NCBI RefSeq assembly: GCF_035594765.1
Contig: NC_085842.1
Coordinates: 240,757,747 to 240,821,746 of the forward strand
Source: Anolis carolinensis
Taxonomy: Eukaryota
DNA: 64,000 bases
Direction: 5' to 3'
A program made the translations under genes and the position numbers. Shown here one piece after another: positions 11,151-23,636 of this stretch. The notes beneath the pieces are model-generated. The model had not been told where the DNA came from. It searched no databases and saw only the letters and a program-made list of their open reading frames with translations. The stretch's first letter is position 1. The number at the start of each line of letters is the position of its first letter.

Positions 11151-13611
11151 GCCTCTTGTCTGAAATCTGGCCTGTTTTACATTTTGGATAGAAAGTACTG
11201 GTAAGTAATCTCTCATCACTAGTTCAAGTCCCAACATGTTTATTATATTAAAGAGTTTTTAAAATATACAGAATATTAAAGATAAAAAGTACAAAAAAAA
11301 TCACTGAAGTTGTGACTAAGTTTGTAAAAGAGTAAAAACCATTTAAATTACAGATAAATGTCTCTGTAGCAATTTTATTTAGGAACTTTATCGCACGATG
11401 TTGGCAGACTGGAATTGCAATAGGATAAACACAACTGTGGCTGATAGCTATCACATGAGCAGTTTGCCTTCCCTCCATGACTGTAGTGGGTTGTAAAACC
11501 TGCCAATGCCTCCCAACCCCACTGCTTTCCCATGGGGAATCTGTGGGCTTGATTATCTGCCTCTGCCCCACTTTTTGCAAGCAGGTTGTTTTCTCCTCCC
11601 TCCCCTTTTGTTTCTCTCCTTAAAAAAACTCTTATAGCCATGATTGTGAAATTGTGGAAAAATTAAAATTATTACATGCTGGGTAGGGCATTAGGCGAGA
11701 AGGCGAGTTATGAAGGCCATGCAGAGAACTGATCGTTGGACCACAGATTTCCAAAGCAGTAGTGTTGCATTAATGCAGAGACTGAATACTCTAATAGTGA
11801 CATGTTTTTATTCCATACAATTTTTGTGAGATAGTAGACTGCTGTAATAAAGTCCAAGTTCTCAACTGATCTTTTTTTGCAGCCAAAGCAGAAAGGGCCA
11901 CTTTATGTGTTGCATAAGGCATCGGATATAAATTGAATCAATACGACAAGAGACTTCCCACTTCAATTTGTCAACAAGGGTTTCAGAAATGTTTCTTTGG
12001 TGTCACGACATAGGTTGACAGGTTAGCATGCAATTTTCAGTGTTGTAACCTACAAACATTAGCACTGAGTCTCTGTGGGAAAAAACCTAGGTTATAAAAT
12101 ATTTTATTACAATCTGATTTAATGAAGGCTAATGTTTGACATTATGATTCCTGTATCAGCTGTGGCATAGAAAAGAGAATTTTTAAAAGTGCACAGTCAA
12201 GTATGTAAAATAAACATTGATGTCAAAAGCCTGACTATTATTGTGCAATTGATTGCTCTTCAGTACTGTAGATTGGAGAGGGACTGTTCTTCCTTAATTT
12301 TTGGACTTGGCGAAAATCAGTTTACAAGTATTAATATTCAAGAAGCCGCTAAAAGACAAACATACCACAATTAACAAAACCTCTAACTAGACATGTGCAC
12401 AGATCAATTTCTAGCCTGTTTCTTCAGCCATTTGGCTTATCCGTTTCATTTGGATGCTCAAAATGGCAAGGGGCCAGCCATTATGGATTTCCATCTGAAA
12501 AGGGACCGTGTGGCATCCGATCATGGCTCCTCTTCTCCTTTTTGGCATCACAGTTTAATCTTTTTGATTTTCCTTTATTTTCCTGATTCTTTCTATTTAG
12601 TGGGACTGACTGGGAGTTGGGGACCTGAGGGACGGTGGGTGGGGTGTGAACGCGTGCATTTGGGGACTTGGAGATGGAGAGTCACCCTAGCTTCTTTTTC
12701 TTCTTTCTTTCCTCTCCTTCAGAAAATACTTCTAAAATAATAATAATAATTATTAATAGTAATCCCAGCAAACAAAAAGAGAAGTCTTCTCCTCTAGAGT
12801 AGAAAGTAGAAACAGCTTTAAGGAAGCAGAATGGAAATTGCAGACACAATAGTGAAAACAGGGAAATTTTAAAGTAGTCCAGGGAGGATAGCTTCACTGA
12901 GCTCCAGGTCATCGCTCTTCCTTCTCTGGGCCTCCTTAAAATGCCTTGAAAGCTGTGTGTGGTGTGTTGCTGGTGCTAGCATGTGCCTGCCTCTCCTCTA
13001 GAATAGAAACATTAAACCTGGCCTCCTCTTCTACAAACAGAAGATAAAGGATCCAGAAAGTGTGGCATCTTAACTCTGATGCTTTTTAAAATCCAGGTCT
13101 TAAAGAAGGATATGGAAGGCCTGTAGGAAGTCCCCCCTATAATGGGCTGGATAGGGTGCTTTTTAAAACTCCGTTGTTGACACCCAGGCTGAATCTCCCT
13201 TAAAGGGAAGAAAAGAAAGGTTCCCTGGGGAAAGGGGAGCCTTGTAAATTCCCCATTGCCACCAACAGGCTGAAAAGAACAGTTTTTTCAGGTACGTAAT
13301 GAAAATGCCCATTTGGCACCACGCACGTTTTCAGGAGGTGCTGGAAAATGGATATGGGGGGCTTCAGGAATAAGGAGAAGCAGAAATGGATAGCGATTCA
13401 CCTGAAATGCACAAGCCTACCTCCAACTAAGCAACTCATTTTAAATCAGGGATGAGAATTTGAATTTTCAGCCAAGTTCATCAGATAAAAAAAAAATGAT
13501 CTGTAAGATGTTGCTATGGCAATTAAACTTGAATCGTTTCATTAGACCTGCATAGTGTGAAAGGGCCTTGTGTCTATCAGTCCTGAGTTGAAATATGGGA
13601 AGAGCGTACTT

Positions 13612-13853
13612 CGGGTTGCTGTGACTTTTTTGGGCTGTATGGCCATGTTCCAGTAGCAGTCTCTCCCGATGTTTCATCTGCATTTATGGCAAACATCCTC
13701 AGAGGTTTATTGAACCTCTGACCAAACCTCTGAGGATACTTACTATAGATGCAGTTGAAATGTTAGGAGATAATGCTACTGGAACATGACCATACAGTCT
13801 GAAAAAGTCACAGCAACCCAGTGATTCTGGCCATGAAAGCCTTTGACAACACA
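13612..13853. mobile_element. Penelope-like inverted terminal fragment (also 19238-19369, 21718-22030, 22183-22328)
   Basis: GGGTTGCTGTGA...GGCTGTATGGCCATGTTCCAG and its reverse complement. Confidence 0.65.
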
Positions 13854-14936
13854 TAGAACATACTGTGCTGACAAAGATCATCTATCTACACACACACACA
13901 CACACACACACAAAGACTCTGATAGCTATCTGTCTTGGGAAATAGCTGGAGGGATCCTGGCCATCATCTCCTTACCCATGGGATTAGGTAAATTGGGGGC
14001 ACAGGGAGGTGGCTGCCTTTAAGAGGTATACTGATACATGCATTTCATATAGTTTATGCTTTTAGGGATTGACACAATACATAAAAGATGCAATATACAT
14101 AAAATCATTAAATTATTCTATTATATAAAGAGTTGGATATGATAGGGTTTGTAGAGTTCAGCTGCTGTTTGGTCCGTTCTGGAAAAAATAATATTATTTG
14201 CTTGAAGTCTCTTGGTGTACTATAAATCTTGGGGGTGGGGGAAGGGTGTTGTGACTCAACAACAAATCTGTACTGCTCTTTACATTATGCACAATTTGAA
14301 GAGGTTGATAGAATCAGAATTTTGAAATATATAGTTTCTCATATAACAGTGTAGAAATCTTAATTGTTGGTTATGTTGTCTTCTTCATTAAAAAACCAAT
14401 TCTGGAATGCTGATAAACTGTTTTGTAACAGAAATATTCTATATTAGGATGTGGAGTAAATTAATTTTTGTTAATGTCCAAGTCGCCTTTTGATATGAAT
14501 TTTTCATGTTTTCTTGGTAATGTAGTTAAATGAGTCTTGAGTCTGTTTCAGTTATCATTGTCATGTTAAAACACCTTTTATATATGCTAAATTTGGGGCC
14601 GGTTGGGACTTGTTTCCACCTGACAGAGCAGAACTTCTCAGGCTATCCGATGTTCAGAATCTGCTATTTCCCCCCCAGTATGCCAGGGACAGGAACCATT
14701 TTTGTTCCTTTCTTTCTTGGAAACTTGACGGGCAACCAAGCATTCAGGGGTGCCACAGATAGCACTGTAAGGGAGGGCATGTTCCTAGACATGTATGATT
14801 TGGAACCCAGAGTTGATCTAGAGGTGTAAAATACTTGGCCCTTATTTGTAGTTGTCATCTGAGGTCATCATACATTACTATGCTTTGGGGGGAAATGCCG
14901 GTTTAAATCTGAATGCGGGATGTATGATCCGGAATA

Positions 14937-15226
14937 CTGGCAGTCCCCAGGTTACAAACAAGATAGGTTCTGCAGGTGATGTTTGTTTTGCTGTCGGGGG
15001 CCCTGCTCAGAAGATTTCACCTCACTATCAGTCCCTGGAATCATTGGATTTTGAAAGATTTGGCTTGTTGTGGAAACAAGGATTGATGAAAAAGCTTCAG
15101 TGGAGACAACTTTATCCTGGTAACTCTTTCAGGGGTGAATGTCCCTTCTCTCATTTCCTGTTGTCTAACCCGTTCTTAACTGGGAGTCATTTATAAGTCA
15201 GATGTTTGTAACTTGGGGACTGTCGG
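14937..15226. mobile_element. Tc1/mariner-type MITE (second copy 27068-27477)
   Basis: TIR CAGGCAGTCCCCAGGTTACAAAC / GTTTGTAACTYRGGGACTG. Confidence 0.7.
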
Positions 15227-15778
15227 TGTCCCCAAATAGAACCATATTGTGTGCCATCAGCATGGCTCTCATTCATGGTGATTATACGATAGGGCTTTCT
15301 TGGCAAGAATAACTGCCATTACCTTCTTCTGAGGATGAGTGAGTGTGACTTGACAAAGGTTCCCTGGTGGATTTCCACAGGTGATTGGGGATTCGAACCC
15401 AGAGCTCCCAGAGTCCTATTCCAACATTCAAACCACTCCAGTACGCTTGTTCCCTATAGGTCACATAAACATATGTTCTTCAATACACTGACTGAACTAC
15501 TTGAAAACCTAGCAATCCTGAAATCAAGCAATTTAAAGCCACCGTGGATAGTGAGATCCAGACCACGGATAGCAAAACCTGAAGCGCAGATATCAAGTCC
15601 CAATAAGCGGATACTGGCACTGGCTGTGAGCCTCCTGTGGATCCATGTGCCTGGCAAGACGAAGAAGCTAACCCAATGTTCCCAAATCAAGAAATCACAC
15701 CACCGAAGTAATTTATTCAAGTCAGCTGAAAAAGATGCCAGCTTGCGGAAAACCACAGAAGGAAGCTGAGATGCCATA

Positions 15779-16676
15779 TGTAGTGAACCTTACCTACTAG
15801 GCCTGGAATGAAGCCTTGGAAACAGTGAGTGAGGCAGGCATCCATTCTGTAGAGGAATGCCAGGCAGCCATCTTGAGTGTGGTTAGAAAGAGGGAGGAGC
15901 TTAGAGAGAGACTCCTAGGATTGGCCAACCAGAGCAGATGGGAGGAGCCAAGTCTTAGAGTGAAGAGAAAAAAAAGAGCTCCAGAGAGTTCCGTTTTGGG
16001 GTTTGAAGAAGAGAATTCTGTTTTAGGGTTTTAAGAGAGCAGTTCGGTTTTGGAGTTTGGAGGGTGTGTGTGTGAGAGAGAGAACTAAAAGCTGTGGAAA
16101 CTGACAGGCTAAGTCAGGCAGTTTGGATCTCTTGGGGGAAGATAACTCAAGGGATTGACTCTCACTACTGGGCTGGTTAATAGAAGGACTCTAGGTTAGA
16201 GTTAATTAACAACCCAGGGGAACTCGTGTCTATTCTCAGCAAATAGAGCGAGGGTTTTTGTGACCAATAGATAGATTGGTTGGTTGGAACAGTTTGAAAC
16301 TAAGTGAAGTAATCTGAAACATACAACTAAGTTAAGCTGAAGAACGTCTGTAACCGATTACGCTTATGAACCTTTCTGAAGTAATTATTTGCCTGTTTTT
16401 AAGAAAATAATTTTTTATTCTATTTTCAACTTTCAAGAGCCTCCACAGTGTATATTTTCCATCAAGAAACCTTAATAAAAGTTCCAGCAATACAACAATA
16501 AAATACCACAGAAAAGCCTCATAGTGAACATCAGTTTGAGAGTCAGGGGTAGAAACAGTGTGGACAGGGAATGGGAGAAATTTGCCTCAGACACATTTAA
16601 CAACAAAAATCCTAAAGGCTGGCAGCTACCATTTTAAAAGAAAATCTAAAATCAAACGGTATATCCTCGCCTCTCA
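15779..16676 (+). mobile_element. LTR-like element (probable solo LTR); right boundary uncertain
   Basis: TG start, internal ~25-bp tandem repeats (15983-16060), AATAAA near 16474, possible CATA TSD. Confidence 0.4.
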
Positions 16677-17580
16677 CATACGGTGCGTGCGTGTGAGCAT
16701 GAGTAGAGTGGAGAGGTGTCTGATATATTTGGTGTCTCAGCTCCTTTGTTATATTGGTGGTAGAGTGGTGGGATTAAAAAAGATTCCCCCCTGCCCCAAT
16801 TCTATTATACCATACAGTACAAAACATACATTTTTATAAACAGAAATCCTTTGAATTTTCCACTCCCACCCCAGTTGGACCCGGCTTCTCTGTGATTGGC
16901 TGAGCTCCACTGATGTCATGGCCAGCTGGCAGGGACCCCCTGCAGAGGCAGGACGGCGGTGCTCACCAGCCAATCAGAGAGCATTCCCCACTTCCGATGC
17001 AGATTTCTGCTCTCCAATGGCTGACGGGGGAGAGAAAGGTCTGGGAGACTAAAGAGTGCAAAATACTTTGAATGGATTACCATTGTCCCAACAAGGGACA
17101 GAACAAAGAAGGGCAACAAGGTACCATGTGTGTTATAGAATGTCTTTTGTGTAGCTGAGTGACCCATCAGGGTGGGTCGGGCACCTATGGTGTGCATGTC
17201 CATTGTGTCCCATACAGATGATTGTTCAAGATGATGGGATTAGCAAATCCAGTCCTGGGAAAAGGGGAAATGTCACTTTAGAAAACAGGACATGACCTCC
17301 CATCATCACGGCAACAATGCACGTGTAGCTGCACAAAGGATGGTGGTCCGAACACAGGCTCCTGGTGTCCTCTATACAGCTGAGTTTATGGAGCCAATAG
17401 AAATGGATTGGCCACGGAGATTATGGGTGCTTGAATCCTTTATAACTGAGATGAATCCCAGGAAAATGGCTGGAGGGTATTTCCTGGGTCTTGAGGTGCT
17501 GATGAAAGGTCAACAAGGTTGTGATTTGGTGGTATACCTCTCAAAAAAGCATTTTATATGAAGACATAAAACATATACAT

Positions 17581-17703
17581 CAGTGGTTCTCAACCTGTGG
17601 GTCCCCAGGTGTTTTGGCCTACAACTCCCAGAAATCCCAGCCAGTTTACCAGCTGTTAGGATTTCTGGGAGTTGAAGGCCAAAACATCTGGGGACCCACA
17701 GGT
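17581..17703. mobile_element. SPIN-like hAT MITE, right end truncated
   Basis: TIR CAGTGGTTCTCAACCTGTGGGTC; palindromic body. Confidence 0.75.
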
Positions 17704-17964
17704 AGCTGCTGTTGGGCTCCTCTGAACCTCCAGACGTTTGCAAAACCATTTTCTTTAAAATAAAACCATACCAGTTCAAGTAGAGTCAATTTGAATTCAT
17801 TCAACAGTGTAGATGCACCCTTGAAGAACTTAGACAATGTAGACAATGACCCTAGGCCGTAAAACTAGGGACCGTAGACAGTGACCCTAGGCTGCATCTG
17901 CATTGCCATGTAACACAATTTTAAATTGTATTATATGGTCATTGTAGCCTCATACTGTAGACAC

Positions 17965-18215
17965 ACTGAGGAGGGGATGAGCTTGTTTTCTGGTAGTCTG
18001 TAGATTAAAATATCTAGGAACAGATCCAAATTGCAAGAAAAGCCTCCACCTAATTAATAGAAAGAAATGTCTGACAGTAAAAATATAGTGGAGCCTCCTT
18101 CTCTGGAGGTTTTCAAGCAGAGGCTGGATGGCCATCTTCCAGGAGTGCTGTGTTCCTGCATGGCAGGGGGCTGGACTGGATGGTTCTAGTGATGTCTTCA
18201 AACTTTGATTCTATT
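17965..18215 (+). mobile_element. CR1 LINE 3' fragment
   Basis: GAGCCTCCTTCTCTGGAGGTTTTCAAGCAGAGGCTGGATGGCCATC...GATTCTAT. Confidence 0.75.
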
Positions 18216-18498
18216 AATGTAATTTAATTCTACGGAACTGTTCTATTATTCAGGCAGAGGCCTCAAGGGGGGCTAGACTGAGAAGGATAGCCCATTTTAT
18301 GGGGGAGAGTTGAAGGAGGAAAAACCATTCCTCCCGTTTTTGCTGGTTACCCCCCCCCCCCTTCTCACTTCTCATTTTATAAGTGAGGGTTGTTTCCATG
18401 ACAGCGACATAGATGAGGGCAGTAACAGGAACACAGGGGGAAATGGTTTTATTCTTTCAACCCCTTTCCCCCCCTAAAATGGACTATCCATATCTCTC

Positions 18499-18517
18499 TA
18501 GTGCCCTCTTGTGGCCT
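18499..18517 (-). promoter_or_regulatory. Candidate CTCF site
   Basis: Minus strand AGGCCACAAGAGGGCACTA matches CTCF core CCACYAGRGGGCRC closely. Confidence 0.55.
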
Positions 18518-18603
18518 CCACCTGGATAATGGAACAGTACCCAGCTTCCACCTGCTGCTTGCAATCTGTCTCTGTGACTGATTACCAATTCTATAGTGTA
18601 ACT

Positions 18604-18765
18604 CTGGCTTGGGCAAATGTGGGCCCGCCAGGTGTTTTGGACTCCAACTCCCACAATGCCTAACAGCCTCAGGCCCTTTCCTTTTCCCCCTCAGCCGCTT
18701 AGGCATTAGGCATTGTGGGAGTTGGAGTTTAAAACACTTGGTGGGCCCAAGTTTGCCCAAGCCTG
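18604..18765. mobile_element. Palindromic hAT MITE (same family at 21552-21711, 22035-22101, 57368-57509)
   Basis: TIR CWGGCWTRGGCAAA; imperfect 8-bp TSD GTGTAACT/GTGTAGAT. Confidence 0.75.
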
Positions 18766-19792
18766 GTGTAGATGCACCCAGGATTGACAACCATGGAATA
18801 TCTATTACTAAACTGATGTTCTACCCAATAGCAAACTCAATTAATGTAGCCATGGATTTAGCTGTAAAATGAGGATATCGTTCACACATTCCAGGGCCCA
18901 CATTAGTATGGGATCTCATTCAGTTCATATAAAAGGAGAATGTTAGACATTATCTGACATAGGTTGAGAAGCTCTTGTCCAAAATACATGGGACCACAAG
19001 TATTTGAGATTTTCCTCCCCTTTCTTTACATTGATGTAAGTACAGTAGACTCTCAGTTAACTGGCACCCATAGGGATTAGTAGATATCGGATGAGTGTTG
19101 ATTCTGGTTGCTTGAGAGTTACGATTAAAAACAGGCTTAATTTAGACAGAATTATACCTCATACTATACTGTGCTCGTGCTATACACTTTGTGTTGACTG
19201 GATATTAAGATTGGAATCACTGGGTGGCTGGAATCACTGGGTTGCTGTGAATTTTCCAGACTGTATGGCCATGTTCCAGAAACACTTTCCTGACGTTTTG
19301 CCCCCATCTAGATGCAGGGGAAAATATTTCTGGAACATGGTCATGTAGCCTGGAAAACTCACAGCAGCCCTTTTATTTAAAGTGTTGCTGCATTACAAAA
19401 AAAACCCCTCCTATTGTTATGACTTCTTTGATATCTTTGCTGGTTGCTTGAATTCTACTTAAATGAGGCCCTGAGTGTAGACTCAGATAACCCAGTTTAA
19501 AGCAGATATTGTGGGATTTCCTGACTTGATTTTCTGGGTTATATGACTGTGTAATGGCCCTGAGAGTTTACTGCTTTCTTTGGGCCCATAAAGGCCAGAA
19601 ATAAGGGACCCCTGCGGATGCACTGAACAAAGTGGGTGGCTAGGGTTGCATCTACCCTGGAGAATTAACAGTGTGGCACCACTTCAACTGCCATGGTACA
19701 ATGCTATGGAATTCTGAAAGTTGTAATTTGGCGAGGCACCAGCATCCTTTAGCAGAGAAGGATAAGGACTTTGTACCCTTCCACACAGCCAT

Positions 19793-20655
19793 GTGTTGTT
19801 GTTTATTCGTTCAGTTGCTTCCGACTCTTTGCGACCTCATGGACCAGCCCACGCCAGAACTCCCTGTCAGCCGTGGCCACCCACAGCTCCTTCAAAGTCA
19901 AGCCAGTTGCTTCAAGGATACCACCCATCCATCTTGCTCTGGTCGGCCCCACTTCCTTTTTCCTTCCATTTTCCCCAGCATTATTCTCTTCTCCAAGTTT
20001 TCCTGTGTTCTCATTATGTGGCCAAAGTACTTCATCTTTGCCTCCAATATCCTTCCCTCCAGTGAGCAGTCGGGCGTTATTTCCTTGAGTATGGACTGGT
20101 TGGATCTTCTTGCGATCTAAGGCACTCTCAGAATTTTCCTCCAACACCAAAGTTCAATTTTGGCGTTCCTTCGCTCAGCCTTCCTTATGGTCCAGCTCTC
20201 ACATCCATAGGTTACTGTGGGGAATATCATTGCTTTAACTATGCGGAGCTTCGTTGCCAGTGTGATGTCTCTACTCTTCGCTATTTTATCAAGATTGATC
20301 ATTGCTCTTCTCCCAAGAACTAAACGTCTTCTGATTTCCTGGCTGCAGTCTACGTCTGCAATCATCTTTGCAACTAAGAAATACAAAGTCTGTCGCAGCC
20401 TCCACTTTTTCCCTTCTATTTGCCAGTTATCAATAAGTCTGGTTGCCATAATCTTGGTTTTTTGATGTTTAACTGCAACCCAGCTTTTGCAATTTCTTCT
20501 TTCACCTTGGTTATAAGGGGAAAGTATACAGCCCTGCCGTACTCCTTTCCCAGTCTTGAACCATTCTGTTGTTCCGTGATCTGTTCTTACTGTTGCTACT
20601 TGGTCGTTATACAGATTCCTCAGGTGACAGACAAGGTGACTTGGTATCCCCATAT
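19793..20655 (-). mobile_element. RTE-clade (BovB-like) LINE 3' fragment
   Basis: RT peptides GVRQGCILSPY, KTKIMAT, YGCESWTIRKAE, WRGLVHEVAKSRKQLNE; (CAA)n tail. Confidence 0.9.
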
Positions 20656-20869
20656 CACCACACAGCCATATAACCCTGAATATCAAGGCAGGATAACCCA
20701 CAATACCTGCTTTGAACAGGGTTATCTTAGTCCACACTGTCAGTTCACAGCAGGTAATGTGGGATTTTAGTAAGCTGCGTGGAAGGGGCCTTTGTGAAAC
20801 AACTCCAAGGATTCCATAGCATTGAGTCAAGTGTTGTCAAATTGCACTGATTCCACTGTGTAGGTACAC

Positions 20870-21500
20870 CTCCAGGAGGCGCATTGCCCATCCCATCATC
20901 CTTCCCCGGTGATTGGCAGGCAAGCCAGGGAAGGGGCGGGGCATAGGCCACTCTCCCCACGTGACCTTGTGAGGAGACTCACTCGCTTCGCCTCACCCCC
21001 CCTTCCCCTCCGCTCCCTACTTATTGTTCTCCTTCCTCGCGAAGGATAGGCACTCCGAGCACTTTTGGCCCTCATCCGCTGCCATACTCAGAGCGCCCCG
21101 GCGTTGCTTTCGAGTCCTCCTCAGGCAAGGGCAAGAAGCGCCGGGCTTTCATGGAGCGCAGCTCGGCGGCGGTCGGGGCCGTGAGGCGCCTCCGGACGCA
21201 GCAGCAGCAGCCCTCGCACCAAACCCAGCAGCAGAAGCGGCGGCGGCCGGAGAAGGAGCAAGATGGAGAGAACTGGAAGAAGGCTGGGAAGGGAGGAAGC
21301 GGCGGCGGGAGGCTGCGGCTCCTGGCGCTGCCGGAGTGGCGCGTGGCGGTGGTGCTGCTCCTCTATTGGCTCGCGCTGCGCGGGCTCGTACACCTCTCCT
21401 TCCAGCGGTTGGTCCAGTCGGCGCGCGGCCCGAAGGAATTCAGCGCCCCGCGCGCCAGGTAACGTCAGCCCCCCCAGATCTCCATGGCAACCCTGGCAAG
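20870..21500 (+). promoter_or_regulatory. CpG island / ERMP1 promoter and exon 1
   Basis: Only CpG-dense stretch in window; ATTGG 20912-16, GGGGCGGGG 20933-41, CCACGTGACC 20957-66, X-box-like ATCTCCATGGCAAC 21478-91. Confidence 0.8.
21151..21458 (+). CDS. ERMP1: ERMP1 exon 1 (cytosolic N-terminus and first TM)
   Basis: MERSSAAVGAVRRLR...VAVVLLLYWLALRGLVHLS...EFSAPRAR; donor AG|GTAACG. Confidence 0.9.
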
Positions 21501-22466
21501 AGGAGGAGAAGGAGGCTTCTGGAGGGACGGGGCTGAAGGGGGACTGGAGATCAGGCATAGGCAAACTTCGTCCCTCCAGGTGTTTTGGACTTCAACTCCC
21601 ACCATTCCTAACAGCCTCAGGACCTTTTCTTTCCCCCCTCAGCCGCTTAAGGAATGGTGGGAGTTGAAATCCAAAACACCTGGAGGGAGGGCCGAATTTT
21701 GCCTAGGCCTGGACAGTAAATAAAGAAAACCACTCAGAAAATTCCAGACATGAATCAACCTGGGCCAACTAACTCCTCCCAGCAAAGGATTCCCCCCAGG
21801 CAGTAAGCATTTAGACCCTGAAGCTGCAAGGCTATTCAATGCTAATCAAGGGGGGCCAGTTGCAACATCCACACCTGCCTCAAACAGACAAGAATTCTTT
21901 CTCCCACCTTCAGGGGATATATAAACTCCAATTGCCAAATTTCCAACAGACCTCACAACCTCAGAGGATGCCTGTCATAGATGCAGGTGAAATGTCAGGA
22001 GAGAATGCTTCTGGAACATGGCCATACATCCCGGTAGGCTGTTAGGAATTGTGGGAGTTGAAGTCCAAAACACCTGGAGGGCCAAAGATTTCCCAGGCCT
22101 GGTTTAAACTCATGAAAGATTCATTGGAATTACAATGCAGGAGCACCCAATCAAAGCACCCCCTACAGATGGCCATCCAGCGTCTGGGTTGCTGTGAGTC
22201 TTTTGGGCTGTATGGCCATGTGCCAGAAGCTTTCTGTCCTGATTTTGCTCACATCTATGACAGGCATCCATAGAAGTTGTGAGGTATTTTGCAAGCTAGG
22301 CAACAGAGGTTTATATATCTGTGTAAGGTCCAGCCTCTGCTTTAAGACCTCCAGAGAAGGAGGCTCCGCTCCACCACCCACTTTCTGTCAGGAAGTTCTT
22401 CTTAATGTTTAGGTGGAATCTTTCTTCCTGAAGTTTTAATCCCTTGTTCCCTGTCCTAGGTCCCTT

Positions 22467-23045
22467 TATTGGATTATTGGATTATGACCTGTTAGGATCA
22501 CAACCTATTGAGTATTATGATCTGTTAGGATCACAATCTAATGGGTAGCAGAGTTTCAGAAGTGCTCCTTTAGTTTATTGGTTAATGAATGAATGATCAC
22601 TGGGCACGTAACTATCTTGTTTCTATTCTACTCTCTCCACAGACAAAGATTCAAGTAGACTTCTTTTTAAAAACAAGTTTGTTTTACTTATAACTTCATG
22701 TATTTAAACATACAGTTATATTTCTTGTCAGGTTATCCTTTAAAACATTTTAAGTTTGTGTCTTTAACTTATAGTTTTTTACAGTCTCCTCAAAACTATA
22801 TTGCTCTGTACAGCTCTCTTTCATAACAGTCTACTTCCAAGGGACTCAAGTCTCAACTGTCTTCTTCAACTGTCTTCCTTTAAAAACTGCATTTTAAACA
22901 GTCACATGGTCTACAGCCCCTCCCACTGCTAGAGCTAAGAAAACTGCAAACCAAAGAAGACATAAACTTCAGGAAATAAACTGACACATTATAAATAGAC
23001 AAAACATTAAATAGAGGAGGCTTGAGAAAGTTGCTATCTCCAACA
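22467..23045 (-). mobile_element. Solo LTR (Gypsy-like, 4-bp TSD)
   Basis: Ends TATTGGA...TCCAACA; TSD CCTT both sides; internal 33-bp tandem duplication; interrupts a MITE. Confidence 0.7.
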
Positions 23046-23427
23046 CCTTTCTGCACAGCTGAATAATATCCCACATCTGCTTTGAACTGTATTATATGAC
23101 AGTGTGGACTCAAATATCCCAGTTCAAAGCAGATATTGTGGGATTTTCTGTCTTGATATTCTGGGTTATATGGCTGTGTAAAAGGACCCCCAGTTTCCAG
23201 AGCAGAAGAAAACAAGCTTATTTCCTCCGAATTAGACATCCTTTCTGATATTTAAACATGGCCATTATGTCCCCTCTCAGCCTTCTTTTCTCCAAGCTAA
23301 ACATGCTGTCGACCGCTCCTCATAGGGCTTGACTTCCAAACCTTGGCTTGCTTTGGTCACCCTTCTCTGGACACCTTCCAGCTTATTAATATCCTTCTTG
23401 AATTATGGTGCCCAGAACTGGATGCAT

Positions 23428-23636
23428 GTCTCTACAGAGACATTGCCCAGGGGACGACTGGATGTGTTACCATTCCACTGGGAGGCTTCTCTCATGTCCC
23501 CACAAGCTAGAGCTGACAGACAGGCGCTCACCTCATCTCGTGGATTTAAACCGCCAACCTTCAGGTCAGCAACTCAACCTTCAGGTCAGCGGTTCAGCCG
23601 GCACAAGGGTTTAACCTGTTGTGCCACTGTGGCTCC
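23428..23636 (-). mobile_element. tRNA-derived Anolis SINE (SINE2/Vingi-associated type), 3' truncated
   Basis: Minus: GGAGCCACAGTGGCACAACAGGTTAAACCCTTGTGCCGGCTGAACCGCTGACCTGAAGG...GGGGACATGAGAGAAGCCTCCC. Confidence 0.7.

Noticed and set aside
12390-12550. Minus-strand short ORF MPKRRRG...MAEETG as a possible MLANA exon (recalled upstream neighbour in human)
   Set aside because: Length, sequence and splice context do not match; no AAGIGIL/TM exon found upstream in the window.
12390-13460. Stretch with shifted composition and several short ORFs
   Set aside because: No recognisable homology, termini or splice structure; left unassigned.
19671-20830. 237-aa and overlapping ORFs as an active retrotransposon or host gene
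   Set aside because: Truncated, frameshifted RTE fragment with an internal deletion spanning the RT catalytic motif.
20912-20963. Canonical ER stress element
   Set aside because: ATTGG and CCACG are ~40 nt apart; fits neither CCAAT-N9-CCACG nor ATTGG-N-CCACG.
21024-21667. Several long overlapping ORFs on both strands around exon 1
   Set aside because: Expected from stop-codon scarcity in a GC-rich island; only the 21151 frame matches ERMP1 and splices in phase.
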